From positions 1,248-65,247 of the forward strand of contig JAYVHA010000019.1 in NCBI GenBank assembly GCA_043771635.1: a DNA stretch of 64,000 nucleotides, written 5' to 3'. Below, piece by piece: positions 1 through 11,519 of this stretch. The stretch comes from Candidatus Woesearchaeota archaeon (lineage in GTDB: Archaea > Nanobdellota > Nanobdellia > Woesearchaeales > SKIA01). How positions within the stretch are numbered: the stretch's first letter is position 1; each line of letters opens with the position of its first letter. The translations under genes were made by a program, and so were the position numbers. The notes under the pieces were generated by a model. That model made no database searches. It was not told where the DNA came from and saw only the letters and a program-made list of their open reading frames with translations.

Positions 1-123
1 TTTCGGTCTGAAGACCGGAGTAACGAGAACACTACAAGAGTTCTCGGAACAAGAAATTCGTCCAACGAATTTCCTGTATTCAACTCAAATTTTCAATAAT
101 CAAATCAACTTAGGCTTAGAAAA

Positions 124-720
124 ATGGGATTACACGAAGTAGAATCGGCAATTAAGCGTAATATAGAGGCAGCCGCTGAGCGAAAGTTAGAAATTGCGCG
201 CGCGCAGGCTGCACGTATAGTTGCAGCAGGTACAGCGCAAATGACGGCAGAGCGAGCACACTTTGATGAACAAACGCGAGAGCTTCTCGCGGCGCTTGAG
301 CGCCGAGAAACGGGACAAGCGTCCGCTCACGGAAAAACCGTTATTCTTGAAGCGCAACGCGCAGCAATCACAGATACATTTGCACACTCAAACGAGCTTT
401 TGAACAACCTTAATCCTAAGGCGCGCGCCGCACTACTTACTGAACTAATAGCGCGCGCACAACGCGAATTACCTGGGATTGCACGAATAAGAGTAAATCA
501 ACGTGACGTTGATACTGCGCGCACCTCGGCTCCGAGCGGCGTTACCATTATTGCAGATGCAAGCATTACCGCAGGCCTAATCGCAGAGGACAACGCGGGC
601 GACGTACGTAGCGAGCTCACATACGATACTATGCTCTCCGCTGTACGGGAGCGCGAGCTTCCTGTAGTAGCCCATATGTTATTCCCTGATCGCAATAAAC
701 GCGGAGTAAACGATGATTAG
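124..720 (+). CDS. atpE: A1A0 (V-type) ATP synthase subunit E
   Basis: 198 aa with a coiled-coil N-terminal half and a globular C-terminal half. It sits immediately upstream of atpC-F-A-B-D in the canonical archaeal order. The 8-nt overlap with the next gene suggests an operon. Confidence 0.7.
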   Translation: MGLHEVESAIKRNIEAAAERKLEIARAQAARIVAAGTAQMTAERAHFDEQTRELLAALERRETGQASAHGKTVILEAQRAAITDTFAHSNELLNNLNPKARAALLTELIARAQRELPGIARIRVNQRDVDTARTSAPSGVTIIADASITAGLIAEDNAGDVRSELTYDTMLSAVRERELPVVAHMLFPDRNKRGVNDD

Positions 721-1828
721 TGATGCAACAGCAACTATACTCACAAGCGACGATAAAATAAGAATAAAACTTTCACCCTATTCTTATGTAAGAACTACTG
801 TTATGTCGAGCAAGCTGCTCACACCTGAAGACTATCGTAAACTTCTCAAACTTTCAATTCCGGAAATAGTACAATATTTAGAAGAAACTTCGTACCACAC
901 AGAAATTGACGAGCTGGCTTCGACTGAGAACGGGACTGCACTTATTGAACACGCAACGCAACGAAACTTTTGGCGTACAGTAGACAAGCTTAGAAGAATA
1001 AGCGACGACACGCTCAGGTTCTTTATTGACGTGTATGTTTGGCGAAACGACATTCAAAATATTAAAACTCTACTCAGAGCCAAGCGCGGAAATGAACCAA
1101 TTAATAGAATACGAAATCTACTTTTACCAGGCACAATTTCAAAAGACGATCTTCTAGACCTATATTCAGAACCAACAGTTGAAAGAATAATTGAAGAGCT
1201 TACTCTACCGTTTCTTGATAATCCAATGGCAGTATATCGCGAAGAAGGATTGGAAGGATTAGAAACCGCAATGACAAACGGATATTTCTCTCTAACACAC
1301 AAAATAGCAAGGCGCATTCCTGATCCGGAAGACCGCTTTCGCCAATATTTACTGCTCGAAGTAGACCTACTGAATATTTTGACTGTGCTAAAGCTTAAGC
1401 GACGCGACGCATCCGCAGCAGAAGTAAAACCATTTCTTATTGACCCTTACAGCGATCTCCCTGCGGAGTCATACACGATTCGGCACCGTACCCGTAAACA
1501 GCTTTTTGCTAAACTTATTGAAGCGGACGGGATAAACGAAACACTTGAAATATTGGAAACTACGCGCTTCGCGGAAATAATAGCGCCCGGCGCTGCTGCA
1601 TACAGAGTTAGCGAGTCACTACTCGAAATGGAGCGCGAGATGCAAACCTATCTGTTGCGTCGCGCCGCCACTATTAGCCATCAACGCCCGCTGCAGCCGG
1701 ACGCTGTGCTTAGTTTCCTTTTTGCTAAAGTAATCGAAACAAGAAACATAATGGTGCTTGTTAAGGGAAAGTCACTCGACGTGTCACCTACATTTCTTGA
1801 ACAAGAATTAATTTTAAAATACTCCTAA
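713..1828 (+). CDS. atpC: A1A0 ATP synthase subunit C (V-type d-like)
   Basis: 371 aa all-helical protein between atpE and atpF. Size and position match archaeal subunit C. Confidence 0.7.
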   Translation: MISDATATILTSDDKIRIKLSPYSYVRTTVMSSKLLTPEDYRKLLKLSIPEIVQYLEETSYHTEIDELASTENGTALIEHATQRNFWRTVDKLRRISDDTLRFFIDVYVWRNDIQNIKTLLRAKRGNEPINRIRNLLLPGTISKDDLLDLYSEPTVERIIEELTLPFLDNPMAVYREEGLEGLETAMTNGYFSLTHKIARRIPDPEDRFRQYLLLEVDLLNILTVLKLKRRDASAAEVKPFLIDPYSDLPAESYTIRHRTRKQLFAKLIEADGINETLEILETTRFAEIIAPGAAAYRVSESLLEMEREMQTYLLRRAATISHQRPLQPDAVLSFLFAKVIETRNIMVLVKGKSLDVSPTFLEQELILKYS

Positions 1829-1839
1829 TACCACTCACC

Positions 1840-2271
1840 ATGACTATCTCCCCCTCGCAAGAAACGGCTGCCGCAACCTCTTTGTTAACAATAGCTGTTG
1901 CGGGATCATCAGAATTCCAAATAGGATTCGAACTCGCAGGCGTTAAACGCTTTTACACAATTGAAAACATGTCACCTGAAGAAGTATTTACTACGTTGCA
2001 GCAAGCGTCTCTAGAACAAAATATAGGAATTATAATAGTGGAAGAAGAGCGACTCACAGGAATTCCAGTAGCGGACCGAATGCTGCTTGAAAACAGCGTC
2101 AAACCAGTTATTGTTACATTACGAAAAGAGCTTGGCGAGAGCGGTATTTTACGAAGACAGATTATTAGAGCAATCGGAATTGATTTACTAGCGCCAAATC
2201 CTCATAGAGGCGGCGCAAGTCACCACACAGACACGCATCAAGAAAATAAATTAAACAAGGGGCAACTGTAA
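1840..2271 (+). CDS. atpF: A1A0 ATP synthase subunit F
   Basis: Small protein (143 aa ORF) with an IAVAG...IIVEE pattern typical of V/A-ATPase F subunits. Its stop overlaps the atpA start. Confidence 0.7.
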   Translation: MTISPSQETAAATSLLTIAVAGSSEFQIGFELAGVKRFYTIENMSPEEVFTTLQQASLEQNIGIIIVEEERLTGIPVADRMLLENSVKPVIVTLRKELGESGILRRQIIRAIGIDLLAPNPHRGGASHHTDTHQENKLNKGQL

Positions 2272-4280
2272 TGGCAACACTAGCAGCAAGTTCAAAAGAA
2301 AAATCGACCGGCACAAAAGATGCCGCAGCTACCCCTGCGTCGCGCAAAAAATTAGTTCAAACTGCAGCGACAGCCTCGGTCGCAGGCGCGAGCGCGAGCG
2401 CCAGCGCAACTGGAAAAAAAACAACTATGGCTACCTCTCAATTAAACACAACCCGTAATTCCACCGTTCGCGTCGAGTCTGTAACTGTTGAGAGCCGAAC
2501 AGCGGCAGGTAACGGCACACTTGTTCGCATTGCAGGGCCCGTAGTTGTAGCAATAGGAATAGTGCCTGCAATGTACGACCTAGTTCGCGTTGGAGACCAA
2601 GGACTTCTTGGCGAAGTAATCCAAGTTCGTGGGGACCGCGCAACCATTCAAGTTTACGAAGACACAACAGGACTGCGGCCTGGCGACCAGGTTGTTCACT
2701 ATGCAGAAAGTCTGTCAGTTGAACTTGGCCCGGGTTTACTCGGCAGCATTTATGATGGCATCCAAAGGCCACTTCCACTGCTTGAAGAACAAAGTGGCGC
2801 ATTCCTTGCACGCGGCGCAACCGCTCCTGCAATCGACCAAGAAAAAAAATGGGCGTTCACGCCAAGCGCTACAGTTGGCACTTTAGTAAAAGCGGGCCAC
2901 AGCATTGGCTTTGTGACAGAAGGTCACACTAAGCACCACATTCTAGTACCGCCAGGCAAAGATGGTGTGATTAAGCAAATTAGCGCAGGACAATATAATG
3001 TTCATGAGCCGGTTGCTACACTTGATAACGGAATAACGCTGCAAATGGCTAACCGCTGGCCGGTGCGAGTGCCGCGCCCAACTGGACGCAAGCTTCCTCC
3101 AAAAACTCCGCTCACAACTGGACAGCGCGTAATCGACGCGCTTTTTCCATTGTCAAAGGGTGGCGCTGCTGCAATCCCAGGACCATTCGGCGCGGGAAAA
3201 ACTGTAAACCAGCAGCAGCTTGCTAAGTGGTCGGACGCAGACATTATTGTGTACATTGGTTGTGGTGAGCGCGGTAACGAGATGACTGAAATTTTAACCG
3301 AATTCCCACATCTCACCGACCCGAAGACAGGCACACCACTAATGGACCGCACTGTACTTATTGCAAACACTTCGAACATGCCTGTGGCTGCGCGAGAAGC
3401 ATCAATCTATACAGGAGTCACGATTGCAGAATACTATCGCGATATGGGTTATGATGTCGCGCTTATGGCGGACTCGACAAGCCGCTGGGCCGAAGCGATG
3501 CGTGAAATTGGCTCTAGACTTGAAGAAATGCCGGGAGAAGAAGGATTCCCAGCTTACCTTGCTACTAGGCTATCGCAGTTTTATGAGCGTGCAGCGCGTG
3601 TTGAAACTGTGTCAGGCCTTAAGGGATCAGTCACAGTTATTGGCGCAGTAAGTCCACCAGGAGGCGACTTCTCAGAACCAGTTACACAGAATACTCTGCG
3701 TGTGACTAAAGCATTTTGGGCACTCGACGCTAAGCTAAGTCAGCGTAGACACTACCCTGCAATCAATTGGCTTACTAGTTACAGTTTGTACCACGACACG
3801 CTTGCGGTTTGGTATGTGCAAAATGTAGCAGAAGACTGGCAGGAGTGCGTAAGAGGACTTACAACAATACTTCAAGAGGAGGAGAAGCTACTGGAAATTG
3901 TGCAGCTTGTCGGCAACGATGCACTACCAGAGCGGCAACAAACAACACTTATGGTCGCGCGAATAATGCGAGAAGGCTTTCTGCAGCAGAACGCGTTCCA
4001 CGAAGTAGACAGCACATGTAGTTTACAAAAATGCTACCGACTAATGAAAGCAATGCTCTACTTCAATAAACTCTCAGTGCGCGCAGTGGACCAAGGCGCA
4101 CGTACAAGCGCCATAGGTAAACTAGCCTGCCGCGAGCAGCTGATTCTAGCAAAGTACGAAAAAGAGGATGAAACGTTTATCGCAAACCTAACTAAACAAA
4201 TGGACGCAGAATTCCTCAGCCTCACAAAGACAAACGCGCCGCTAGGAAGCAGCGCAACCCCAACCAGGAGCACCTCATGA
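2271..4280 (+). CDS. atpA: A1A0 ATP synthase catalytic subunit A. It has a ~75 aa low-complexity Ala/Ser/Thr/Lys-rich N-terminal extension, or the true start is an internal Met near 2427.
   Basis: Walker A GPFGAGKT. Conserved segments [26 protein letters not shown] and the non-homologous region typical of A subunits. 669 aa. Confidence 0.9.
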   Translation: MATLAASSKEKSTGTKDAAATPASRKKLVQTAATASVAGASASASATGKKTTMATSQLNTTRNSTVRVESVTVESRTAAGNGTLVRIAGPVVVAIGIVPAMYDLVRVGDQGLLGEVIQVRGDRATIQVYEDTTGLRPGDQVVHYAESLSVELGPGLLGSIYDGIQRPLPLLEEQSGAFLARGATAPAIDQEKKWAFTPSATVGTLVKAGHSIGFVTEGHTKHHILVPPGKDGVIKQISAGQYNVHEPVATLDNGITLQMANRWPVRVPRPTGRKLPPKTPLTTGQRVIDALFPLSKGGAAAIPGPFGAGKTVNQQQLAKWSDADIIVYIGCGERGNEMTEILTEFPHLTDPKTGTPLMDRTVLIANTSNMPVAAREASIYTGVTIAEYYRDMGYDVALMADSTSRWAEAMREIGSRLEEMPGEEGFPAYLATRLSQFYERAARVETVSGLKGSVTVIGAVSPPGGDFSEPVTQNTLRVTKAFWALDAKLSQRRHYPAINWLTSYSLYHDTLAVWYVQNVAEDWQECVRGLTTILQEEEKLLEIVQLVGNDALPERQQTTLMVARIMREGFLQQNAFHEVDSTCSLQKCYRLMKAMLYFNKLSVRAVDQGARTSAIGKLACREQLILAKYEKEDETFIANLTKQMDAEFLSLTKTNAPLGSSATPTRSTS

Positions 4281-5827
4281 GAGAATACGCAACAGTCAGT
4301 AGAATTGAAGGACCACTCATCTTTGTTGAGCGCACACACCCAGTTGCGTACGGCGAACTTGCACAAATTCGAACACGAGACGGCTTGCGCTTAGGCCAAG
4401 TTCTAGACACAACCGACACACACGTTGTACTGCAGATTTTCGAAGGTACAAGCGGCATTGATCGAACTGCGGGAGTGCGTTTCCTTGGCAAGACAGTACA
4501 GCTCGGCGTAACTGAAGACATGCTTGGACGAGTATTAAATGGAATTGGTAAAGCAATCGACGGCGGACCAGAACCAATTCCAGAAAAGTTTGTTGACGTA
4601 CATGGCAGCGCAATCAATCCGTATAGCCGCAAACAGCCGTTCGAGCCAATTCAAACAGGCATTTCCACAATAGACGCGACTAACAGCCTACTGCGCGGAC
4701 AGAAACTGCCGATCTTTTCGGGTGCAGGCCTTCCACACAATGAATTAGCACTTCAGATTGCGCGTCAGGCAGCTGTTCCTGGTGCAACTGGAAAGTTCGC
4801 TGTAGTATTCGCCGCAATGGGCATCACAAACGAAGAAGCTCAAAAATTTCTTCAGGACTTCGAAGAAACCGGCGCTTTGAGTCGTACTGTGGTATTCCTA
4901 AACTTAGCGAACGACGCAGCGATTGAGCGTCTACTTACTCCGAGAATGGCGCTCACAGCAGCAGAGTATCTGGCGTATGAAAAGGACATGCACGTGCTAG
5001 TTATTCTGACAGACATGACTAACTATTGTGAAAGCCTGCGTGAAATTGCGGCAGCTCGTCAAGAAATTCCGGGACGCCGCGGTTACCCTGGTTACATGTA
5101 CACTGATCTGTCCACCATTTATGAGCGCGCAGGAATTCTAAAAAGTGGACCTGGAAGCGTCACTCAGATTCCAATCTTAACAATGCCGGCGGACGACATA
5201 ACGCACCCCGTACCAGACTTAACAGGCTACATTACCGAAGGACAAATTACACTCTCACGTGAACTACATCGAAAGAGTATTTACCCACCAGTCGACATTC
5301 TACCAAGTTTAAGTCGGCTTATGACCCTTCTCGGTTCTGGCGAAGGCAAAACTCGCGCAGACCACCGCAGCGTCAGCGACCAAGTGTACGCTCTATACGC
5401 GGAAGGCAAAGATTTGAGAGGCCTCGTCGCAATCGTAGGAGAAGAAGCATTAGCGGAGCGCGAGCGTAGCATTCTTCGATTTGCAGCTGCGTTTGAAGAC
5501 CGCTTCGTTCGACAGAGTAAAAGCGAGAACCGCTCATTTGCACAAACCCTGGACCGTGGCTGGCAACTTTTCGGAGGGATAGCAGAGAGTGAACTCACGC
5601 GCCTACCAGGAAAGCTACGTGAGCAATACCGCCATCTAATGCAACCGACATCAGCAGCGGCAGCTACAGCAAATAGTTCTGTGGCTGCGTCAGCTCCTGC
5701 AACGACCTCGAATAGTAGCGCGGCAACGCCTGCCACAACGCCCAAGGGTGCCGCGCACGAACATGCAAAGAAAGAGCATGAAGTGAAGACGCATGAAAAA
5801 ACTGAGGGACAAACTAAGCGTGGCTGA
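4277..5827 (+). CDS. atpB: A1A0 ATP synthase regulatory subunit B with a ~55 aa Ala/Ser/Thr-rich and His/Lys-rich C-terminal extension
   Basis: Strong similarity pattern to V/A-type B subunits ([39 protein letters not shown]). Overlaps the atpA stop (ATGA). Confidence 0.9.
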   Translation: MREYATVSRIEGPLIFVERTHPVAYGELAQIRTRDGLRLGQVLDTTDTHVVLQIFEGTSGIDRTAGVRFLGKTVQLGVTEDMLGRVLNGIGKAIDGGPEPIPEKFVDVHGSAINPYSRKQPFEPIQTGISTIDATNSLLRGQKLPIFSGAGLPHNELALQIARQAAVPGATGKFAVVFAAMGITNEEAQKFLQDFEETGALSRTVVFLNLANDAAIERLLTPRMALTAAEYLAYEKDMHVLVILTDMTNYCESLREIAAARQEIPGRRGYPGYMYTDLSTIYERAGILKSGPGSVTQIPILTMPADDITHPVPDLTGYITEGQITLSRELHRKSIYPPVDILPSLSRLMTLLGSGEGKTRADHRSVSDQVYALYAEGKDLRGLVAIVGEEALAERERSILRFAAAFEDRFVRQSKSENRSFAQTLDRGWQLFGGIAESELTRLPGKLREQYRHLMQPTSAAAATANSSVAASAPATTSNSSAATPATTPKGAAHEHAKKEHEVKTHEKTEGQTKRG

Positions 5828-6494
5828 AAATGTTATAGCAACTCGGGCAGAGCTCATCCGAACTAAAGATCGAATTAAGCTTGCGAAGAATGGATACGGT
5901 CTTCTAAAAAAGAAGCGAGACGGCCTTATTATGGAATTTTTTGCGCTACTGGAAAAAGCCAAAACCGTGCGACAAGAGCTAGATGAACTGTACATTGAAA
6001 GCCTTGGACGAATGAATATAGCCCGAATGCTCGACGGCGACATAAGGGTACGTAGCGTTGCACTATCCGTGCACCAGCAGCCTGAAGTAACCGTTACTAG
6101 TAAGAATATTATAGGCGTTGCAGTACCAAAAATTGCCGGTACAACTCCAAGGCAATCATTTAGTTTGTATGACTCAATTGCGATCACCGAAGCCGCAGAG
6201 GGATATGAGCGCGTTATTCTCAAAGTCATTGCTGCGGCTGAACTAGAAACCGCAATTCGAAAACTACTCGCCGAAATTGAAAAAACAAAGCGGCGCGTAA
6301 ACGCACTAGAGTTTGAAATAATACCAAGGCTTCAACGAGACAAAGCCGCAATTCTACTGAGACTTGATGAAATTGAGCGCGAGACCTTCTTCCGGCTCAA
6401 ACGCAGCAAGCAACGACTTATGGCAGAAGACCATAATAGCATTAAGCCTCGAGAAGCACCTGCTCATGCAACACCAGGCATGTCGGCCGATTAA
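5793..6494 (+). CDS. atpD: A1A0 ATP synthase subunit D (central stalk)
   Basis: The motif LLKKKRDGL and a coiled-coil composition are typical of V/A-ATPase D. It follows atpB. Confidence 0.85.
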   Translation: MKKLRDKLSVAENVIATRAELIRTKDRIKLAKNGYGLLKKKRDGLIMEFFALLEKAKTVRQELDELYIESLGRMNIARMLDGDIRVRSVALSVHQQPEVTVTSKNIIGVAVPKIAGTTPRQSFSLYDSIAITEAAEGYERVILKVIAAAELETAIRKLLAEIEKTKRRVNALEFEIIPRLQRDKAAILLRLDEIERETFFRLKRSKQRLMAEDHNSIKPREAPAHATPGMSAD

Positions 6495-6628
6495 TTATTT
6501 AGTAAATTTTCTGTTTACAAATGCAAAATCAATACTTATTAGCTCGTACCGACGGTGCTATTTACTTCTCCGACGGTAAATTCCGAAATGATTATAAACC
6601 CCTCGTCGCAGGAATAGGCTATAACTGT

Positions 6629-6649
6629 GTAGCGACCAAAGGTTGCTAC
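6629..6649 (+). promoter_or_regulatory. Stem-loop (9-bp stem with one G.U pair, AAA loop) 17 nt upstream of the ATG at 6666
   Basis: GTAGCGACC-AAA-GGTTGCTAC as read directly. It is preceded by two direct copies of CCGACGGT at 6549 and 6570. Confidence 0.3.
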
Positions 6650-6665
6650 CGAAGGACATACGGCA

Positions 6666-6983
6666 ATGGCAGAAGTACTAGTAAAGACTGGAATTAAGCG
6701 CGAGTCAGGTTGGCTCTATTTTGTTGACAAGGCAGGCAATGCAGCACGCGTAAAGATGGCACGCAAAGGCGAGAAGACTAACAAGAAACAAGAAGTTCTC
6801 GCTAAAGCAGGCATCAAGCGTGAAAAAGGCTTCCTATACTTTATCGACAAGGCAGGAAACGTAGCACGCGCAAAGATGGCACGTGGCGGCGCAGCTAAGA
6901 AGAAGGCTCCTGCAAAAGCAGCAGCAAAGGCAGTAGTAGCTAAGAAGAAGGCTCCTGCAAAAGCAGCAGCAAAGAAGAAGTAA
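6666..6983 (+). CDS. Small basic protein with two tandem ~38-aa repeats and a Lys/Ala/Pro-rich histone H1-like tail. Candidate nucleoid-associated protein.
   Basis: The two repeats are GIKRE[SK]G[WF]LYF[VI]DKAGN[AV]AR[VA]KMAR. The C-terminal tail is AKKKAPAKAAAKAVVAKKKAPAKAAAKKK. 105 aa, pI clearly very basic. Confidence 0.5.
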   Translation: MAEVLVKTGIKRESGWLYFVDKAGNAARVKMARKGEKTNKKQEVLAKAGIKREKGFLYFIDKAGNVARAKMARGGAAKKKAPAKAAAKAVVAKKKAPAKAAAKKK

Positions 6984-7068
6984 GTTTTAATCAATTCTTT
7001 ATTTTTTTTAATTTTCTAAATCACCTTATAATTTCCGACTTTGATTTGTGAATACATATTAACGCTAA

Positions 7069-8022
7069 TTGATTTTACGTTTTATGCGTCCACGTACTAC
7101 AATAGTAATAGGTATTTGCGCTGTCGTGTTGCTTTGCGCAGCGGCAGAACTGGGAGTAATTATGCATGCTCCGCAGATAGTGCATGAGCAGGGCACGATT
7201 GAGGTAATAATGTGCCCGGAGTGCGAGAATAAATTTTTAACGCTACTCAGAGGCGGAGGCGACATTGAGTGCGCTCTCTATGATTATGGCTCCACGACCG
7301 AACAAGCACTTCGTGCCGCCCGTGCACGCGTAGTAACTGATGATAAAGATGGCGGCTCATACGGCAAACCGATAGAACAGGAGGGTCTCATGCACAATAA
7401 GTTCTGCATAGTTAACAGCTCACTCGTCGTAACCGGCAGCTATAATCCTACGGAGAATGGGGAACTTAATCGAAATAATATGTTAATAATTCTAAGTCCC
7501 ACCCTTGCAAAAAATTATGCGGCGCAGTTTGCTTCAACTGAGAGCGGGCTTATGCGAGCAAGAATTACCCCTATCGTAAATCTGAGCGGCGTTAGAGTTC
7601 AAAATGCGTTTTGCCCGAATGATGATTGTGAAGCGCAGGTAAACCAAGTTCTACTCGGTGCTAAGCGCGAAATAGTCTATATGCAGTTTGCGTTTACTAG
7701 CGAGCGCTTAACTAGAACTCTCGAGAACGCAAAAGCGCGCGGGATTAAAGTTGAAGGTATATGCGACGGAGGCCAGTGGAATACACAAGGCGGGAAATGT
7801 TCACGCTTGCAAGCCCGAAGTTGGGACTTGCCAAACATGATGCACCATAAAGTATTCATTGTAGACGGCAAAACAGTCATTACAGGGTCCTATAATCCGA
7901 CAAACTCAGGGACCTTTCGTAACAGCGAAAACATACTCGTCATTACTGATTCAGCGATAGCGGCCGAGTATAGATTAGAGTATGAAAAGGCACTAATCGA
8001 GAGTACAATTAGACGAAAATAA
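7069..8022 (+). CDS. Secreted phospholipase D-superfamily protein with two HKD motifs (PLD/Nuc-like nuclease or phospholipase)
   Basis: N-terminal hydrophobic signal/anchor (IVIGICAVVLLCAAA). Two HxK motifs, each followed by a GSYNPT segment: HNKFCIVNSSLVVTGSYNPTENG and HHKVFIVDGKTVITGSYNPTNSG. Confidence 0.7.
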   Translation: MILRFMRPRTTIVIGICAVVLLCAAAELGVIMHAPQIVHEQGTIEVIMCPECENKFLTLLRGGGDIECALYDYGSTTEQALRAARARVVTDDKDGGSYGKPIEQEGLMHNKFCIVNSSLVVTGSYNPTENGELNRNNMLIILSPTLAKNYAAQFASTESGLMRARITPIVNLSGVRVQNAFCPNDDCEAQVNQVLLGAKREIVYMQFAFTSERLTRTLENAKARGIKVEGICDGGQWNTQGGKCSRLQARSWDLPNMMHHKVFIVDGKTVITGSYNPTNSGTFRNSENILVITDSAIAAEYRLEYEKALIESTIRRK

Positions 8023-8052
8023 CGACGGCGAAATATACTGATTTAGTAAAGT

Positions 8053-8655
8053 ATGCTATACTGGTTAGCGTTATTGTTTACCACTGCAACGTCGATAAAG
8101 TTTATAAAACGCCAAAGGATTGCCGAAGTAAGCAAATTACTGCTACACCCAGACGTTTTCAAAACGCTGTGGAGGTCCCGGATGAGTATCATAGCATTCA
8201 ATTTCACAAAGATATCAGCACACCGTAAAACGCCAGGTAACCTGAAGCACCAAGTGCAGAGTAAAACTGCAGTAACAGAGGTTAAGGAAGTTTCACTCGG
8301 AAAACAAAAGGCACTCTCATTTGTCTTTGCACAGGAAGTTGCATACGAACCAGGCATGGGCACAATTTTACTCGAAGGCGACGTACTAGTCCTATCCACC
8401 GACGAAGAAGCTAAAGCAACTATCGAATCATTCCAAAAGAATAAGCGCTTCGCGGCACCACTAATGGAAAAAGTATACAACCAAATCCTTCAGCGCACAG
8501 GTATTGAAGCACTCATCCTCGCACGCGACATCGGATTGCCACCGCCAGTACAGCTTCCACGTATCACGTCAACACCTAAGGCAGCTGTACAGGAAGCTGC
8601 AGCAGCGCCAGCCGCAAAGGCTGCAATGCCCGACAACAAGGGAAAGAAGAAGTAA
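8053..8655 (+). CDS. Hypothetical protein. The likely true start is an internal Met near 8185.
   Basis: ORF only. C-terminal Ala/Lys-rich tail. No recognisable motif. Immediately upstream of cdc48. Confidence 0.3.
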   Translation: MLYWLALLFTTATSIKFIKRQRIAEVSKLLLHPDVFKTLWRSRMSIIAFNFTKISAHRKTPGNLKHQVQSKTAVTEVKEVSLGKQKALSFVFAQEVAYEPGMGTILLEGDVLVLSTDEEAKATIESFQKNKRFAAPLMEKVYNQILQRTGIEALILARDIGLPPPVQLPRITSTPKAAVQEAAAAPAAKAAMPDNKGKKK

Positions 8656-11469
8656 TTGGAACCGACCCCTGGAAGACCTATGCCGCCGCTCCGTAAAGAA
8701 ATCAAGCTAAAGGTTGCAGAGGCAATTCAAGACGATGTAAACAAAGGCATCGTAAGAATTGACTCAACCTATATGCATCAGATTGATTGTCGACCAGGCG
8801 ACATCGTGGAGATAGAAGGAGAGCGCCTTACAGTAGGCATTACTGACCGCGCATACCCAGGCGACATAGGACTCAATATTATTCGAATCGACGGACTTAT
8901 TCGTCGAAACGCAAAGACTAGCATTTCTGACTTTGTCACCGTTCGCAAAGCAGACATAAAGGAATCGAAGAAAGTAGTTATCGCTCCAGCACGCAAAGGC
9001 ATAATGATTCGAGCAAACCCAATTATTTTCAAACAAGGACTGCTTGGACGCCCAGTTGTAAAAGGCGACATAGTTTCGCTCGGTGGACAACGTCGCAGGC
9101 GCACGCCAGGCATGGGCGCAAACCCGTTTGTTAGCGAAGTATTCAACATGCTTGACGAGAACATGATTGGCTTTGGCCTTGGCGACCTAAAATTCATAGT
9201 CTCTGACGCGCTACCAAAAGGTTCAGTAATAATAACTGAGAACACCATTGTAGAATTTAATCCGGAAGCAGCAGAACTTAAGGAAGAAAAATTACCAGAA
9301 GTAGCCTACGAAGACATTGGTGGACTCGAAGAAGAAGTACGTAAAGTACGCGAAATGGTTGAGCTTCCACTCAAGCACCCAGAAATCTTCGAGCGACTCG
9401 GAATTGAGCCGCCAAAAGGCGTACTGCTACACGGACCACCAGGCACTGGTAAAACTCTACTTGCAAAAGCTGTGGCATCAGAAACAAACTCCAACTTTAT
9501 CCTAATTAACGGTCCGGAAATCATGAGTAAGTACTACGGGCAATCCGAAGAGAACTTACGAAAGAAATTCGAAGAAGCAGAGAAAAACGCGCCTTCCATC
9601 ATATTCATTGACGAAATTGACGCAATCGCGTCGAAGCGCGAAGAATCCAAAGGCGAAGTCGAGCGTCGCGTTGTTGCGCAACTACTTGCTATTATGGATG
9701 GGCTGAAGACACGTGGCAAAGTCGTTGTTATTGCAGCCACTAACATTCCTAACAGTCTTGATCCGGCGCTTCGTCGTCCCGGACGCTTCGACCGTGAAAT
9801 AGAAATTGGTGTACCGTCGAGAGCTGGTCGTCTGAACATTCTTAAGATTCATACAAGAGGCATGCCTCTATTTAGTCGCGCGCAGCCTGAAATGATTGAA
9901 CGAGTTATTCGTAATATAATTATTGATACAGAACAAAAACCAAAGGAAAGCGAATTTGCAGGAGTACTTCCAATAATTAAGAATCTTGCTTTCATTGAAC
10001 AACTAAAGAAAACACCTGAAAATATTGAAATAGGCAAAGATATCAATGTCAGCGATTATGAAAATAAGCTAAATATTGAAATTCAAACTGTTTGCAATGC
10101 TTGGAAAATCTCGAGTGAAAAAACAAGTACAATACAACAGCTAATCCGCGCAGGCACAGTAAACCACATGCTTGCACAGTTTGCCGACATCACGCACGGC
10201 TTCGTTGGCGCAGACTTAAGCTCGTTAGCAAAAGAAGCAGCGATGAACGTTATCCGACTAAAGCTGCCAGAACTAAAAGTCGCACGCGACGATGAACCAA
10301 TTCCACAGGAGTTACTTGAGAAGTTAGTAATTAGTACTGAGGACTTTAAGGAGGCACTTAAAGTCGTAAGACCTTCTGCGCTACGCGAAGTCATGATAGA
10401 AGTGCCAAACGTAACATGGCAAGACGTTGGCGGACTTGAGAAAGTAAAACAAGAGATTCGCGAAACCGTAGAGTGGCCAATCACGAACAAAGCGTCGTTT
10501 GCGCGCCTAGGTATTAAGCCTCCTAAGGGCGTGTTGCTTTATGGACCTCCAGGCACGGGTAAGACGCTACTTGCAAAAGCAGTTGCAACCGAAGCGCAAT
10601 CAAACTTTATCGTAGTCAAAGGTCCTGAACTCTTATCTAAGTGGGTTGGAGAATCAGAAAAAGCAGTGCGCAAGATATTCGAGAAAGCGCGGCAAACAGC
10701 TCCAACAATCGTGTTCTTTGACGAAATTGACTCGATGGCGCCAAAGCGCGGATTGTCGTCTGATTCCGGCGTAACAGAGCGCGTTGTAAATCAGTTATTG
10801 ACTGAGATAGACGGTTTACAAGAGCTAAATGATATTGTAATTATTGGTGCAACAAATAGACCTGACATTATGGACTCAGCACTACTTAGACCTGGTCGCT
10901 TTGATCGTATTATTCACGTTGGCGCGCCGGACATTGTATCACGGACTAGCATATTCAGCATCCACACCAGTAAAATGCCAATTAAATGGAATAGTATTCC
11001 AGGAAATGAAACGCAGTCAGAGGACGAAGAAATTGAAAAAGAGCTTAAAGGCTTACGAAAGGTTTCTAACAACCACACTGATCACGACATAAAAAAAATG
11101 GCAAGTGATGAAGCAATTCAAAGCGCTACCGCTAAATCACCAAGTGAACCGTTAGAAAATACAAATGGAATTCTAACTAATGAAGGGAAAATTACTGCGC
11201 GAGGTAGATTTCTATACCAGCTGGCTAAAAAAACTGAAGGCTACGTTGGCGCAGACATTGAATCAGTTTGCCGTGAAGCTGCAATACTAGCTCTCCGCGA
11301 GAATTCTGATGTGGAAGTTATTGAGTATAAATATTTCGTTATGGCGCTTGACAAAGTGCGCGCGTCCGTAACGAAGGAAATTGAAGAACTTTACGCAGAC
11401 ATGGAAAAGACATTCCGCTCCGCTCGCGCAAACGAAATGCGCGACAACAAACCAAGCTATTATGGCTAG
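8656..11469 (+). CDS. cdc48: Cdc48/VCP-like AAA+ ATPase (two AAA domains) with long insertions
   Basis: N-domain pattern ([23 protein letters not shown]). Two Walker A motifs [15 protein letters not shown], each with a DEID Walker B and an SRH (GATNRPD...LRPGRFDR). 937 aa against about 740 typical; two low-complexity insertions lie at roughly 9880-10200 and 10980-11220. Confidence 0.9.
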   Translation: MEPTPGRPMPPLRKEIKLKVAEAIQDDVNKGIVRIDSTYMHQIDCRPGDIVEIEGERLTVGITDRAYPGDIGLNIIRIDGLIRRNAKTSISDFVTVRKADIKESKKVVIAPARKGIMIRANPIIFKQGLLGRPVVKGDIVSLGGQRRRRTPGMGANPFVSEVFNMLDENMIGFGLGDLKFIVSDALPKGSVIITENTIVEFNPEAAELKEEKLPEVAYEDIGGLEEEVRKVREMVELPLKHPEIFERLGIEPPKGVLLHGPPGTGKTLLAKAVASETNSNFILINGPEIMSKYYGQSEENLRKKFEEAEKNAPSIIFIDEIDAIASKREESKGEVERRVVAQLLAIMDGLKTRGKVVVIAATNIPNSLDPALRRPGRFDREIEIGVPSRAGRLNILKIHTRGMPLFSRAQPEMIERVIRNIIIDTEQKPKESEFAGVLPIIKNLAFIEQLKKTPENIEIGKDINVSDYENKLNIEIQTVCNAWKISSEKTSTIQQLIRAGTVNHMLAQFADITHGFVGADLSSLAKEAAMNVIRLKLPELKVARDDEPIPQELLEKLVISTEDFKEALKVVRPSALREVMIEVPNVTWQDVGGLEKVKQEIRETVEWPITNKASFARLGIKPPKGVLLYGPPGTGKTLLAKAVATEAQSNFIVVKGPELLSKWVGESEKAVRKIFEKARQTAPTIVFFDEIDSMAPKRGLSSDSGVTERVVNQLLTEIDGLQELNDIVIIGATNRPDIMDSALLRPGRFDRIIHVGAPDIVSRTSIFSIHTSKMPIKWNSIPGNETQSEDEEIEKELKGLRKVSNNHTDHDIKKMASDEAIQSATAKSPSEPLENTNGILTNEGKITARGRFLYQLAKKTEGYVGADIESVCREAAILALRENSDVEVIEYKYFVMALDKVRASVTKEIEELYADMEKTFRSARANEMRDNKPSYYG

Positions 11470-11519
11470 ACCTACGTTAAATTAATTTTTTAGAAATAAA
11501 ATAAAAAAATAAATTCTGC

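Noticed and set aside
2431-3651. Several 60-130 aa ORFs antisense or out of frame within atpA, and similarly within atpB, cdc48, gatE and topA
   Set aside because: They are entirely contained in strongly supported conserved genes. They are typical spurious ORFs.
6716-6994. 92-aa Ala/Phe-rich ORF antisense to the basic repeat protein
   Set aside because: It is a mirror image of the Lys/Ala-rich coding repeats. The sense-strand protein has coherent repeat structure.
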